From Lingula anatina (Eukaryota > Animalia > Brachiopoda): DNA of 64,000 nt. Under the pieces are notes generated by a model. It saw nothing but the letters and a program-made list of their open reading frames with translations, was not told the DNA's origin and searched no databases. Made by a program: the position numbers and the translations under genes. This document shows positions 1-13,891 of the stretch, in pieces (positions within the stretch are counted from its first letter, which is position 1; each line of letters begins with the position of its first letter). The DNA is taken from assembly GCA_051362555.1 (NCBI GenBank), contig CM120645.1, positions 9,238,001 through 9,302,000 of the forward strand. The letters are read 5' to 3'.

Positions 1-1816
1 TGGGACATAGGTGCCCTCCTGGTCACCTTGGTTACCGTCACCAGATGTCTCTGCTGGCCCATCTTTCTGATCTTTGTGTTCTGATTGATTGTTCTGGTCA
101 TCTGATCCCTCAACAGTGTCAATTTTTAGTTCTTGGCTGTTTGGGTCTAGAATTAAATATAAGTATTCACTTCAGTTTTTAAAAGTGGCTGATTATCAGT
201 TAAAACTGGCTAATTAAAAAATACATTTCCCACTATTACAATTCTACAAATTCTGTTTCCGAATGGCATCAGTATCCAGGCTGTGTAGCCACTGACTGGC
301 AAGCTAAACCAGAAAAAAAAACATATAATCATTGAAGTGCTTTTAGGCAGCAAGATAAATTACCTGTGATATTATTAAAAACCCATACAGAATCACACTA
401 CAAATGTTATTATTTCTATGCAAAGTCTTACCAATGTCCACTTTCACTTGACTTCCATGTGTCACCTGCCCAATGGTGGCCAATATGGCGTTGAGCTGGT
501 CCTGGGTCAGGGTGACCATATTCCCCTGTAAATTAGCAGCACCTTTTGTGTGTCTACCATTTTGCTTCTTAGCTGTCTTCTCTGGAGCTGGTTTCTCCTT
601 TGCCAGCTTCTCTGGGGCATTTTCTGTTGACTTTTGTCGAGGCAATTCAGAAGCTTTATTCTTATTGGCCGATTGAGATCTCTTAGAAGCGGCCTTTTCA
701 TTGGTTGGTAGGGTATGCTTTTTGTTCTGTGTAAACTTATGGGCAGGGGGTGGGGGGTCCTCTTCAATCTGGACTTTAGACCTCAGGGGGAAAGGCTGTG
801 CTTTTTGCTTATAACTGAACTGAAAACAAAAAATCAAATTATCTTTTGATCTACACCTTATATTTCCCAATGAAGATAAAAAATGTTTCTTTGTGCAAAT
901 GCATCTACAGGTATTATACTGATATATATAGTGGTAATATCTAGCTCATAGTAAGATAAAATACATGACATTTACCTTCTTATGTTTCTTAGATGCTGCT
1001 GCTCCTAAAAATAATAATAATCAATATATGAAATAGTTAAGCAAAATAATAATTGTCTTTATGAAGTTTTTGGTTGATGTTGTTGCATTGGACATTAATG
1101 CTCATACACACCAAAATGTAACCAAAGAGGCATATGATAGTAGTATAAAACATTATTTTAATCATTATGTACTTGTATCTCTAACTATCAGGACTTTTTT
1201 CCTACAGTTCCAATAATGACACTATATGTATGATTCGTATTGTTTTATGAAATAAGTAATAAAACAAAAATATAAATCTACAATAAATTCACCCTACCTT
1301 GCTGCTGCCAAAATATGGCAGGTTTCCCACCTTGTTCACTGGTCTCAAACCTGGTGGCCACTCTGGAGATGATTTTAGACAAAACGGTTTTAACAAAGCA
1401 CTCATTGCCCTATTACTGATAATGTGACACATCTGTGAGACAGTGTTGTAAAGCTAGAGGAAGTGAACTGTGTGACACGAGTCCCTGTGCTACTGAGAGA
1501 GAGAGAGAGAGAATCTGCTGCTGATATATTCAGGCAGGTTAATGCAAGTAAAAACGTGAGCCTCAAACTACGCTGAAGATTGGCCTTAGATTAATACATT
1601 GATAAACACAGCACATTCTCGATATCAATGGTCTTACAAGTTACACTCTAACCTACATTGTAGCTGCCTTAATTTAGCCTGCACGGCCGTAGTGTAACGA
1701 GACGTTAGTAAACGGTGCCCGGCTACGAAGGCGCCTTACCATCATTTAAAGGAATATTTCGCCATTTACACTCCTCTTTACGCGTAGCGGTGTGTATGTA
1801 CTTACCCAAAACTCAT
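1..1816 (-). CDS. CCDC66: Coiled-coil domain-containing protein 66-like (centrosome/cilium), 5' part. Exons 1806-1816, 1298-1362, 976-1004, 432-819, <1-146; continues off the left edge
   Basis: GT-AG exons splice in frame to MSFGVATRFETSEQGGKPAIFW...GAAASKKHKK FSYKQK...VTLTQDQLNAILATIG. The N-terminus and LTQDQL motif resemble vertebrate CCDC66 (MNLGDGLKLETELLDGK; LTQDQLQQIL), recalled from memory. Confidence 0.75.
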
Positions 1817-1891
1817 TTTAATTTACGTTCACATGACAAAGTAATATAGTACTCCAATCAATTCTCCGATGAGCTATTTGATTTACGCACG

Positions 1892-1904
1892 GTTGCCAGA
1901 GAAT
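1892..1904. promoter_or_regulatory. Possible RFX X-box upstream of CCDC66
   Basis: GTTGCCAGAGAAT has a perfect GTTGCC half-site about 80 bp upstream of the ATG of a ciliary gene; the second half is imperfect. Confidence 0.35.
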
Positions 1905-3579
1905 TTCACGCATGTGCAGTGTACTGTTTTGGTTATTTACTTACAGATGGCAGCACGCGGAGTAGAAAACTTAACAAGATAAGCCCAAACCAATTTCACC
2001 CTACAGTAAAGCAAGGAGTTATAACAGAAGGAGATTACACGCAAGCCTTTCTATTGTCCGATGTCTGTTACGGTGGGCGGAGCTAGCTACGGGGGGGCCT
2101 CCGGTCTCAAGGTTTCGTCTGCGTCGCTCTCCTCAGCTTGGAGATAAATTTCATATGCGTTATTTCGCGTTAGAATTAGAGATCAGTAATGTCAAAGCGC
2201 CGCTGTATGCTGACGATTTTTTTCACAGGTAATTATTTGGACGATGTGCTGGAAGGGAACGATATCATAGAAAGCGATTATAAGGTGGTGACTGAGGATG
2301 GTCGCCATGAGCTTTTTTTAGTCGGTGATAGATGGCTTTTTTATGGCACAACCCGGTGAAAAATCACCAAGGAGAAGTCAAAAGAAAACGTCCCAACTGT
2401 GGTTTGTGAAAATGACATTCAAGTGAACGTCTGTCCTCACTGCCAAAGGACATAATATTAATACATTAACGTTTGGAACCTCCTGCCCTTGGGTCCCATA
2501 AACATATACATTGTGACAGTGCCTACGCTTTGTGTCTGGTTTTAAATTTCTTAAAGTATTTTTTCTCTCACTCGGTATAATTTTAATATTATAATGCATT
2601 TAATTAAAATTTTAATCCAAGGTTGAGGCAATGCCACGACACGTCAGTTTACTGAATACTCATTATAAATTTCTTTATCTTGGAAATTTCCCTTTTTTTC
2701 AGGATTATTTGACACGTACTAACACTGTTCATATTTGTTGGTAAACAAGTGCACAGTGCTATACATTAAGAATAATTTTTATTCATTCATAAATATATTT
2801 ATGTACAAAATATATCAGAAATTTTAGTATTCACTGAGCTCTTTAAAGTGAAACAAATAAAGATGAGAATATTGAATTTCAAACTATTATTTACTATATC
2901 AACTTAAAATATCTTTTAAGTCAACTCTATACTCAAGCACTCTATACTCATGAAAGTAGCATCTGTGAGTAAAACTATTTTATTATATCAATAGAAGAAC
3001 AAAAACAAAAATTTTACACATAAGCAGTAATAAATGAAGTCATAAGAATGATTAAGTTGCTACAGTTTTCCAGTTTTTTGCAGTCTATGATGGCATTTTT
3101 TTCAACCGTGCAAATAGAAATAATTATATTCTTTTTTATCTGACTTGCTGATACCAGTCTGTGCCAGATACTATTCCACTTACAGGCCAGCAAGGTCTGA
3201 GAATCTAATGGGCCGAATGAAAAAAAAAATCCTAGAAGATAAAGTGGTTAATTCTTACAAATAGGATAAAAACATGGGATTTTCAAAAGGTTATTATAGA
3301 TCAAGACAACATTTAGTAAGAACATTTATAAAATGTAACAGCTGAAAAAATTAACTGGTAAATAAGCAGTAAGTGACTGCTTTAAAGAAATTTCACTGAA
3401 ACAGAAATTTCACTGGCAATCAGGTAGACCGTTATACCATGGCACTCAACAATTTATATATAGGTTTTGAATTTTTTTCCACGTAACAGTAACATAAAAT
3501 TTTTGTCCACTTTTGCAATGTATAGAGTCAGTTAGGTGACTGAAAATATTTTAAAATGTCATAAAGGAGCACTATTAAT

Positions 3580-5900
3580 TTAATGCAATCTCTGTTGGCC
3601 AGTCTTATCCAGTTTCTTCTCCAAAAAGGACAACTCAAGTGAGAATTTCTTCAGGGCCTTTTCTTCTGCCTTGCTAATGCCATACCACTCAGAAAAGAGA
3701 GAAACCTGTAGGTTAGAAAAAAAACAACATAATAATAGCATTATGAACTACTAGTATCCATGTAGACATTATGGAATTACGCAGTGAAGTTTAATGTGTC
3801 TTGTTATGACTTGACTGAAATAATGTTCACCACATAAATGAACAATTTACAACTAAATTTATATAGAACATCAAGATTCATGATCACAAGCTAATAACCC
3901 CAAGAAATTGAAAGAAATTGTACTTATTACAGAAATTATTTAAATCCGCCCTGGTTCTTACTCTTCTGACAGGACAAAAAGGGGATTTCAGAGAGGCTGG
4001 TTGCTAAAAGGAAAATGCCCAAGGCTGTTGTATTTTCAAAAAAAAATTAAAAAGGGTACTGTTGTTAGTGAATGTTTAATGCATCTTAGGCATTATGACA
4101 AAAGTAACTTACCCCAGACACACTGACCTCCTTTTTTCATTGACATATTTTAATTTTTTCCAGCCTGACCATAATTCATATATTCAATGCAGCCTTCTCC
4201 CATATCTATAATAGAAAAAAAAAAACTTGAGTAGTGTTAAGATATGCATGTCAAATTCATTATCAATTTTGAGAGAATTTCTGTTTCAACACTACAAGAT
4301 GAAATATTTAATTTCAAGTAATGAATAAACCTTAATAGAGTTCTATTCTTTTGTAACCACCAAGGCAAAGATTCTTTCTTAAAATGAACTGAAACATCCA
4401 AGCTTGCCACCTAACATGCCAAAGTAGTGAAGTATAATTTAAGTAGAGAAGCAAGTACCCCTTAATTATAGAGGTGTCTTACACAATAAGGTGTGTCTTA
4501 GGCTCTGTTCTCACAACTTTTAGATCGATCTATCACCGCGGGGAGTCTCACTAGATTACTGTCAGATAATCCCCCGTAAGTGTCCGTCCCCGCCTACTAC
4601 AAGCTTTAAGGGGTAATTAACTTTCGTGTCCGCCCGGCTGACAGCTATTTAGCGTGAACCCCCAGGGAGTTAGGTCGATCCAATGTAGGTCGATCTAATC
4701 TATGAGAATGGGGTGTTACACACCTTGACTCAAAGAGAGATGTGTAGTGAGATAACAGGTAAAGTAATTGTTGGAGCCTAGGTGAACTTAAAACCTTAAG
4801 ACTTTAAATTAAGAAGCACCAGGATTCATGTGTGTTCTTTTTTCAAAGGTTTAATATGAATTAAAACATATATAATTATGTAAAAAGAAGACTAAATAAG
4901 TTAAAAATAACTATACCAAAGACACTGTGAAGTCAAACTTCCTGTTAGACCGCCATGATGGAAAATGCTGGGTGGAGGCAAAATGTTCCAGTCAAAAAAA
5001 CTGAGCACTTTACTTTAACAACAAAGTTACCACTCCAAAGCCACCCACCATGGCGAGAAGAAAAATGATGACCAACTGTCATGATAAGTCTTTTTAGATT
5101 TAAACATGAAAAAGGTAAAGGCCAAAATGGTACATTTACCCATAACACTAGAGTAAAAAATTGGTATTCTGAACAAATCAGGTCATTTTTTTCAAGAAAT
5201 ATTGGAGCAGTATCCATGCAATATATACCACGCCACGACCAAGATGTTCAAGAATCTAAACACACCAAATTTTTTTATAATCTTGCATTTGAAAAGTACA
5301 AAAAGCGGTAAGGCTTTTGGCCGTAACAAGCGTAACACTTTTTGATCGGAACTCATGAAAATTGTCAATTGTCATATCCAAGCTAGACCACATGTAAAAT
5401 CGCAAAAAAAAAACAATACTGCTCAAGCAAGTGTGTTGCACACATACCAATTAGTTAAATTTTATGACTGTCATGTGACACAAGTTTTAAAAAGTAGGAG
5501 GAAAATGTCTTTTTTCGAATTTTTTTTTCGAAATATTAACAAGATGGCGGCTTAAGCATCTGCTTGTTATTCGGCTACTGAAAGTGCACCTAAGTTTTAT
5601 TCTTTGCTATTGCCACAAATTACTTAACATTTGCAACTGTATAAAGACCAAACTTTCTTCATCTGATACTATATTTATAGGCACTTGTTATGAGTGGGAA
5701 ATATTTTTCGTGCAATATTTATTCTCCACACACCACCTCGCGAGATCAACGTGTAGCTGGACACTTACACAGTGAGACCCTACGACATAAAAGTTGCAAT
5801 TTATCTTCATATTTCGTGTAGTTATGCATTTAAAAGCACTTACCTGTTTTTTGAAAACCTTGTCCAACGTAATATCATATAAATTCTGTATTTCTCTCAT
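3580..5900 (-). pseudogene. Decayed 3-exon small gene inside the TIR element (exons 5844-5900, 4113-4205, 3580-3705)
   Basis: Three phase-0 exons with strong GT/AG sites (57, 93, 126 nt) give MREIQNLYDITLDKVFKKQ|IWEKAALNI*IMVRLEKIKICQ*KKEVSVSG|VSLFSEWYGISKAEEKALKKFSLELSFLEKKLDKTGQQRLH*, with two internal TGA codons. Confidence 0.4.
4501..4715. mobile_element. Small MITE nested in the P-like element; partial inverted copy at about 16961-17025
   Basis: Imperfect TIRs (TGTTCTCA..TTAGATCGATCTA / TAGGTCGATCTAA..TGAGAATGGGG). The 16961 region matches the reverse complement of its right end. Confidence 0.5.
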
Positions 5901-6617
5901 TTTTTAGAAACTTGGGACTCCGTTTCTGTTTCTGTCCTCAAAAATCAACAGACGAAGGCACAGATACTAACAAACGAGATTTAAACGAGAGTAATTAAGC
6001 GTAACAGAGATAGGCATCCATTGTTCTCTGGGTTCTTTTCATTCCGACCAATGAGAGACCGTAATACGGGCTCCGCCCCCACGCGTGTAATCTCCTTCTG
6101 TTATAACTCCTTGAGTAAAGGCAGTTTAAAGTCAATCGAGGTAGACTAAGGCAATAGTTCACACAGTTTATGCTAATTAAAGTTATTTAAAGGTAAAAAA
6201 GTTTACTGATGTCCACATATCGTGGATATAGGTTATAGATCATAATCACGGGACCCGAAATGACGTCTTTAATTTTTTTTACCGCACTGAAGAAAAGCAA
6301 GGATTTTTTAAATTTTAATTTATTCCTTGATAATATAATTCCTTGAGTAAATGGAAACACGCCTGCTATCAGCTGATTATGACTGTCAGTAGATGGTCAT
6401 AAATATGATATGTTTACGTAGGCCTACTCAGTACTGTTCATGTACGTCCGGTGTCCATTTCTGGCAATTTATTTACGCCATTAAATAAACCAATTAGAAT
6501 TATATGCTTTAAAAAAGCAAAAATTAAAAACAAAACGCAATAACAAAAATAACTTTGATGTATAACATAGCAAAAGCAAAATAATCAACTGAATTAGACC
6601 AAGAAGGTACATGTATA

Positions 6618-8597
6618 GGGGAGAGCGGGGTTGGTTGGAACAGTTTTCACCTTTTTTGCGATATCTCAGCAGTCAAAGCTTTGGGGACAAAAATAAAAAA
6701 TCTGATAGGGGAAAATTATATGCCGCACTCATCTATGAAATAAAACATCAAGTAGGTCTTTTTATTTTAGAGTAATGAATGCTCAAAGTTGGCTCCTAAA
6801 ACGTTCCATCTCACCCCACCCGCGGGGTCAGTTGGAACAGGCAGTGGGGTGAGTTGGAACAAGAGGGCGAGTTGGAACGCTTGCATATAAATTCAAAGTA
6901 TAATTCATTTTAAGAGTAGGTTTATCTATATTAATTTCCCAACAAGTACGTGTTACTTTGTATTCGTATCTCCATAGTTTGTAAGCATTTTTTACGTTTA
7001 CAATTTGCTTTCAAATAGTCTTTTCCATGTATAAACCATATCCAGTTACACTTCATTTCATAATGATAACAAAAGTGGTGTAGTTTAAGAGAAAAGAAAT
7101 TGAACTCATATAACTCAACCTATTAACAACAGTATGTTAGACCTACATGTACAAATGAAAACTGTATCTCTTTCAACTCAACAACTCAGAATCAAAATCG
7201 CAGTTATGACATATGTAGGCCCTACACTTGGTCAACCTTTGTACAGTCTTCATGTGACCACTTTAGACAAACAATGCATTTAACCCATTTCTCTTTTGGT
7301 CGGCTGTTAATGAACGGCTCCCCACAAACCAGACATGGCCACTCTTCTTCTGACTCAGAATCGCTGGTCATTTTTAATTTCCCTTTTCTTGATTTTCTCT
7401 ATCGACTAGAAATCTTAAACTGTTTTTTATTTTTGTTGCGCTTGTCCTTTTTAATTTTGTTGGGCTTGGCCTTTTCTTTTTCGAGTAGCTCATTTTCAGG
7501 TGTGTCAGTTAGTACTGCACTGCATCGTTTTCTTCTTTTAATCTTTGGAATGCGACGGTGAGCCTTTGGAAAGGGTCTAATTATTGCTGGACTTGAGCTG
7601 TTTGGGGGTTTTCTTAAGTGAGCTTTAGTGTGCTGTAGCACCTCTTCCGGTGAGGGCAACTGAGATTTCAACTGAATCTTTGTCTAAGTTACGAGGTGAA
7701 TATTTGTCTTTTCTGGCGGATTTTGTACCCTCGTTCACTAAACATTAACAGCAACCCCCAATCCATTACACAAAGCATTTAAAACCACATAGGCAGAATT
7801 GGTGTTGTATAGTTTATCCATAACATAGGCTCTCAGCTAGAATATTTTCATTTTGTCGCGAAAAGGAGTAATAATCAACATTTCCTTCCACATCTAAAAG
7901 CAATTTATCGCAAAAAGCAACAGTGGGCATGCAGACCCCTTTCGACCAAACAGCTAGCAACTGGATTTAACAAGCAGTGACCCCCCCCCCCCCCCCCCCC
8001 TTGTATCTTGTACACGCATGTAGGCCTACATTCCGGCATCTTGGAGATGTTCTATCAGCTAGATTCCGTCTCCAGTTGGAGTTGTACTGGGTTACTACGT
8101 CACTACTCTCTTCAAAGTTGAAATTAAAACATTTAGAGAGGTTTAAAAAATGAAAAACACCGTGCGGGGTGGGTTGGAACACCCCTGACAGTGTTCCAAC
8201 TGGCCCCATGTCAAATGTTCCGACCAGCCCCCATGACGTCATGGCCTACTTATGACACTGTATTTCTTTAACACGTGGGAAGTGATTAAAAAAAACAACA
8301 GCCTTTTGAACATCAAGGTGGTCCTAAACGCTATGCACAATTTCAGTGATATAATCCTTATACTTTAGTTTACAGCACGATGAATGTCAAAAATATGAAA
8401 ACTTACTTCGAGTAGCGAAAATAAGTTTTTTTCGCATAAAACTTTTACTGCATTTTCGAAACTTCCACAAGTTTACTGGATGAATGACCATGCCACGTGA
8501 CATTTTTATGCTGAAGGAGCACATGATCGGTCTTGTGATTTAAGAAATAAAGCCAATGTTCCAACTTACCCGCGTTCCAACCCACCCCGCTCTCCCC
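6618..8597 (-). mobile_element. pogo-type (Tc1/mariner superfamily) internal-deletion derivative retaining the transposase C-terminus and PHD finger
   Basis: TIR GGGGAGAGCGGGGT(T/G)GGTTGGAAC with TA flanks (6616-17, 8598-99) and repeated GTTGGAAC subterminal motifs. Minus strand reads SPAIIRPFPKA..RKRCSAVLTDTPE then CLVCGE..KWVKCIVCLKWSHEDC..YICHNC, with a stop and a frameshift; no DDE core. Confidence 0.88.
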
Positions 8598-8953
8598 TAC
8601 ATGTAGCCTATCTGAAGCACCTCCATTAATAAAAGTCGCCTACATGAAGGCCTATCAGTAGCACGAGTTGCTGAACAATACATGTAGGCCTACTGAACAC
8701 AATGGGCCTACCCTGGCCTGTACTACCTGGTCCTGTACTACCTGGTATATGTAGCTTACATGTAATTCTACAGTAGTACAGTAGATTAAAAACTAGAACC
8801 AGTTAAATAAGAAATGCTTGTACATTTTATGTAATTATGTAAAGTCGTTTCTTTCATTTCCTTTTTGATACTTTGATTAATTTGGTAATTCTGAGTAGGA
8901 GGATGGGCTATGCTTTCTGCAAAACTTACACCAGTACATTGTAACTATAGGAT

Positions 8954-9812
8954 CAGGGCTGCAGCCTGAGCAAAATGCCAGGGGGGGTGTTCTGGGTTCC
9001 ACAAAATATTGACAAAAACTGTTCAGTCAAGCAAATGTGAAATGTGGTCACTCACACATGTGATGCATAAATACAAAAGACCACACCTACTGAGATCAGA
9101 CACACACACACTGACTTTACTGGAGAAGGACAGAAGGACATGACTCTCTTAATAAGATATAGACTCCACAATTTATGTAAGTGTATTTGTTTTAATTTAT
9201 GAGAATCATTGTTTTATATTATACTTTTGAATATATTATATTATATTGTATTTTTATTTTTTATTTTAGTAACCGGCTATCGGCTATCTACTATCAGCAA
9301 TTTTGAATAAACTGAAAATAAAGCCAACCGTGTACAAAAAGGAGTTCTATGTTCTTTATAACCCAATACAGAGGGGGGGGGGGGGCAGTAAGCGGACACG
9401 AGGGGGCGAAAATTTTTAAAAACTGTATGTATAATACTGCATTCTGGTGCATTTTAACTGTTATTTATTGCTCAATCAGAAGTCAGAAATTGTTGGTTCA
9501 TTTTGCCATAAGTACAGTCATTTTTTCAACACAACACGCCAATTGGACTTCATTTCGTAGATTGTCTCAGGATCGGGAATAACTGAGTTGGCTAAAAACA
9601 GTACACCTTTGTAAACAGATTGTTGAATGATTGTCTAGTGGCCATGAGTGCATTTTCTCACAGACTTGATACCAACTTTGCAATTATTTTTTTTTACCTT
9701 TGCGATTATTATTTTTTTTTTTTGCACCTCAAATCCCGGGGGAGGGGGGGGGGGCAGCTTCAACCCCTGCCCCCCCCCCCCCCCCCCCCCCCCCCCGGAG
9801 GCTACGGCCCTG
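8954..9812. mobile_element. Non-autonomous TIR element (CAGGGC-type termini, poly-G/C subtermini)
   Basis: CAGGGCTGCAGCC ... GGCTACGGCCCTG, with a 6-bp direct repeat TAGGAT on both flanks. Confidence 0.7.
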
Positions 9813-10112
9813 TAGGATCCAATATAAGAGTAATGGTAGATTGTAAGTAGGTAGTAGGCCTATATACGCCAGTAACTCCATGTACAGTATCCTGTTTTTT
9901 ATTGCTAAAAAGGAATTAATAATTTATTTTCGTTTAAATGGCACCAATATTGTTTTAATATTCAAATTTTACATACGATAACTAAAAAGAAATAATATAA
10001 AAATTATTCATTGAATACAGATTCATACGTCTTGTTAATAAAAATACGCTGAGTGAGGGGTGGTGGTGGTGTCAGAGTGACCGAATACCCATAAAAGTGG
10101 CTCAATTTAAGT

Positions 10113-13100
10113 TCACATTTTAGAAGTCTCATTGGCACCATATCTCGTCCCATGGTGTTTCTCCACCGTACAGGACCCCTCCAAGTCTTCAACATGTTCT
10201 AACAACTTGGCGTCTTTGGTCTCTGGCAGCGGGAACGCAGCAAGTGACCCAAGGATGGCCAGAACACCGTACAGGATAAACGGAAGTTTTTTGGCCACTT
10301 GACCGATGTCCAGTTTGCCCAGGTAGTTGATGTAAGGAAATGCTATGCCACCCAGTCGGCCAGCAAGGGAAGAAAAACCTCCCGCATTGCTCCTAAATCA
10401 AGGAAGAAAACGAAAGTGGAATCAATTAACAACATTAAGACAGGTGGAATCTGCATTAATGTACATGTACTAATACTGCCCCCATTTCTCTATTGTTGCA
10501 CACTGTTTAATAGCATTAATCTGTTAGATTGTGTATTTGGTTTCACATCTTCTATTTTTATTTAGCTTCACGATTATTAAAATGATCAAGTAAGAGTAAC
10601 TACGCTAATATTTTAGAGTCATCTAATAGATATACTTTTCTTAATGGAACAGGTATTTGTATTGTATTTGTATACGTTTTGCAGTCCCCACAAATCAATA
10701 TTGAGCACATGAATATAATATGTCCGAACCTTAGCACAGTGGGGAAGAGTTCTGTGGTGTAGAGTACGAGGATAGTGAAGGAGGAATTCATCCAGAACTT
10801 CCCCAGTGCAGGTAGTATACGTGCTGACCATAGTCCGGCGGCTGGAGATAAGAGAAAACAAGGTTATAATTCAAATTATTGTTTTTCTTTTTATCAAGAG
10901 CTTGTAAAATATGTGGGTATTACCTCCAATATTTCTGTGACTGTCAGTCACCATCATCAGGGAGTAAATGACTAGGGTCATTTCACCTGGAATGAAAATC
11001 CAGGTCAATTGCCCCTAATCGATCACTGGCCTTGTGTTGTAACTGTTACATCCTCCCCCCGGGGCTCCTCTGCATCCCTCTGGAGCACCGTGAGGTAGAT
11101 AGCTGGTAAATCATACTCCCCTGTCTGTTCAGGTCTGGTTGTTTGGTCCTGATGTGTACAGCTTCTGCTATTTTTCTTTGAAATGTCCAGTTTTCCCTGT
11201 CTATCACTTTCAGGCTGTCAAAATCAATGTGGTGACCTGGATGTTTGCAGGTATGTTCTCCAAGGGCTGATTTCCAGTTGTTTTTGGCCACTGAGTCTTT
11301 GTGTTCTTTCATTCTTGTGGCTAATGGTCTTACAACACAAGGCCAGTGATTAGGGGCAATTGACCTGGATTTTCATTCCAGGTGAAATGACCCTAGTCAT
11401 TTACTCCCTGATGATGGTGACTGACAGTCACAGAAATTAACATTACCTCAAAATTTAAGTAAGATCACTGAAAAGAAAAAAAACTTATTTGATAAACAAA
11501 GATCATTACATCCCGACCTAATGAGTACTATATTGTAAACAGAAGCAAAGGGAGATCAGTTAACCTGTGTCCGTTGGAATAAAAGGAGTGACGATACAGG
11601 CGATTCCAGCCAGCATCCCGGATACTATTAACGGCATACGGCGCCCTATTCTGTACAATATAGAAGACATTTAACATTATAATCCATTAAGAGTATTTTA
11701 TATGGTATATAATTGAATTAATCAATTGTCAAGTGCATACATTAAGCAAATAATATTATTTGGTTTTTATAGCAGGAGTGATAAAAAAAAGGTGTACTGA
11801 GTATCGTAATTGTAGGCTATGTGTAATGTAATTTTAATTATGTATTTTCCGCTGTAGATTGAAACAATTTGCATTAGGAATGGTTGTAAATCAGTTATCA
11901 ATAATTCAATATCACAACGGATACCCATGCAGATAAAGGACACATTCATGCACGTCGCTCATCATTTCTTTATTTTTTTTTTTATTCACCACGCTGTCAT
12001 TAACTCATTACTCGACCAGAGCGCAGGCGCAGGGGCTTGCATACGCAGATTCTCGCACGCACACAAACTTACCTCCATGCTAGTAACAAAGCTAACATGA
12101 CCGCAGGCACTTCTATCACCATTAGAAGGAAAAAGTTGAGGTAGAAGTCGCCGTTAATACTGGGTGCACTGAAGGAGATGCCGTAATACACTAGTGTATT
12201 CACGATCCTAAAACAAATGAGAAATAAGATGATTATTTTCCAATTGATGCAGCTTGTGTCACCTTTACATCAAACCATTTTTGTTTCTCTCTCTCTTTTA
12301 TTTTTAATTTCTGCTGAGATCTAAGTGGTTTTTTCATGGCATATCCACATATGAACGGTGGAATAAAAGATGAACGACGGTGGATAAAAGATGAACGAGA
12401 GGTTCAAATATGAGAGTGGACTAAACCTCTTTTTAATGACTCAAACTACACACAAATTCACTTTTTCTATCCGTGCCTCACCACAGTATCGTGCAGCAAA
12501 TTATTCTCAGTCGAATTTTGGGGGTCCTGAACAAATCAAGAGTCGTGTACGTTTTCTCTTCGTTGTTTGAGTCGTCTCCGGCGCTTCTGTCTTTTTTCGA
12601 GATTGGCACACAAAGCTGAAAATCTTCTGGCAGTTTCTTATTGTTGAACTTGGCCATGTTGTAGACCAGCTGCTGTGCTTCCCCTTGTCTGCCTCTTGCC
12701 ATCAACCAACGCACAGACTCCGGGACAAACCTAGAGAGAGAAAAAAATTGTCACAATTTTAAAAGCTGTAAATAATTTAATGCGTTCTTGAACAATTTTT
12801 TCTATCAACAAGATATATTGGAAATGCCGTTATACAAGTTTTTGTACACTGTTAAATGTAACAAGAAATTCAAAGGATTTCATATCTTGTTTTCTGTATA
12901 TGCTTTTTTACTTTGCAAAGAAATGGCCATTTTGGCTTTATTATTTTATTTATTTATTTATTGGAATCAAAACCTCAGAATTCCTCAACCAAGTAACATA
13001 TAAAATTCAAAGGATAATTTTATTAGCTGTTTTAATAAATTCTATTCATTTCACTTAATATAATACACACCACCAGACCAAGACCCCCGCCAGAGCAGGC

Positions 13101-13838
13101 AACGATATCACCAGCTGTAGTGTTTTCCAGTCCCGGATGAGGTAGCCGAACAACGCCATGGTGAGGGCACCGCTGTTCCAGCCAAATGCTGCCAGAATTC
13201 CGAAATAAGTTCGCTGTTTTGGCGGGAAGATTTCCAGTATTAAAAGGTAGCCGGTGAGCCAGAATCCCTGAGGGAGAAAGATATAATCTATCATTACTAA
13301 ATTTGTTTAGTCATTTCCAATAGAGCAACTACTGGTATTCATTCATAGCTTTAGGATTTTTTCTCACAATTTGACCAAAATAGTTCGATCGAAATCAGAC
13401 AAAGTGGACAATGTGGGTGGAGGACGAGAAATACCGTATACCAGAGGGAAGCTCAGCAATATGGAATTAATTCTATACAAACATCCTCTCTTTACAGTAG
13501 AGAAAAGTGTTAATAATTAGCCAGAGCCATAGCTGTGAATGTCTAGTGAATTACTAATCCGTCACGTGGCCCTGGTAGAGGGCAGACGGAAAATATGTTA
13601 GAAACATGTAAAATATAATTGGAGAAATACCAGACAAGGTACATGTGCGAGAACTCGGTTCTTTTGGGTTCTGGGGAAATTCCAGAAGAGGCAAGTGTCT
13701 CGACTGCCCCATATTCGCCACGGTCAAGGTCTAGTGAGAGATACTTGCTATTTTCTTTCACAACATGTACAAATAATAAACAACAGAACATGAGAGTTTT
13801 GATTTTTCGTTAAGTTACAACTTTAGCAAGCCAGATGG

Positions 13839-13891
<53 letters not shown>

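Larger units (their letters stand above)
2012..6113. mobile_element. 4.1-kb non-autonomous DNA transposon, P-superfamily-like
   Basis: Perfect 31-bp TIR CAAGGAGTTATAACAGAAGGAGATTACACGC (2012-2042 / 6083-6113), 7-bp TSD AGTAAAG (2005-2011, 6114-6120), CAAGG terminus, subterminal inverted GGGCGGAGC. No intact transposase seen. Confidence 0.85.

Noticed and set aside
4113-4205. In-frame TGA codons as selenocysteine
   Set aside because: No redox motif or identifiable SECIS; CpG decay in a transposon is the simpler explanation.
5308-5580. Possible additional nested MITE
   Set aside because: The inverted ends are too degenerate and no TSD was found.
9768-9796. Poly-C/poly-G runs (also 21460, 26590, 34529) as functional G-quadruplexes or poly-Pro ORFs
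   Set aside because: Most are MITE subterminal tracts or simple homopolymers of unreliable length.
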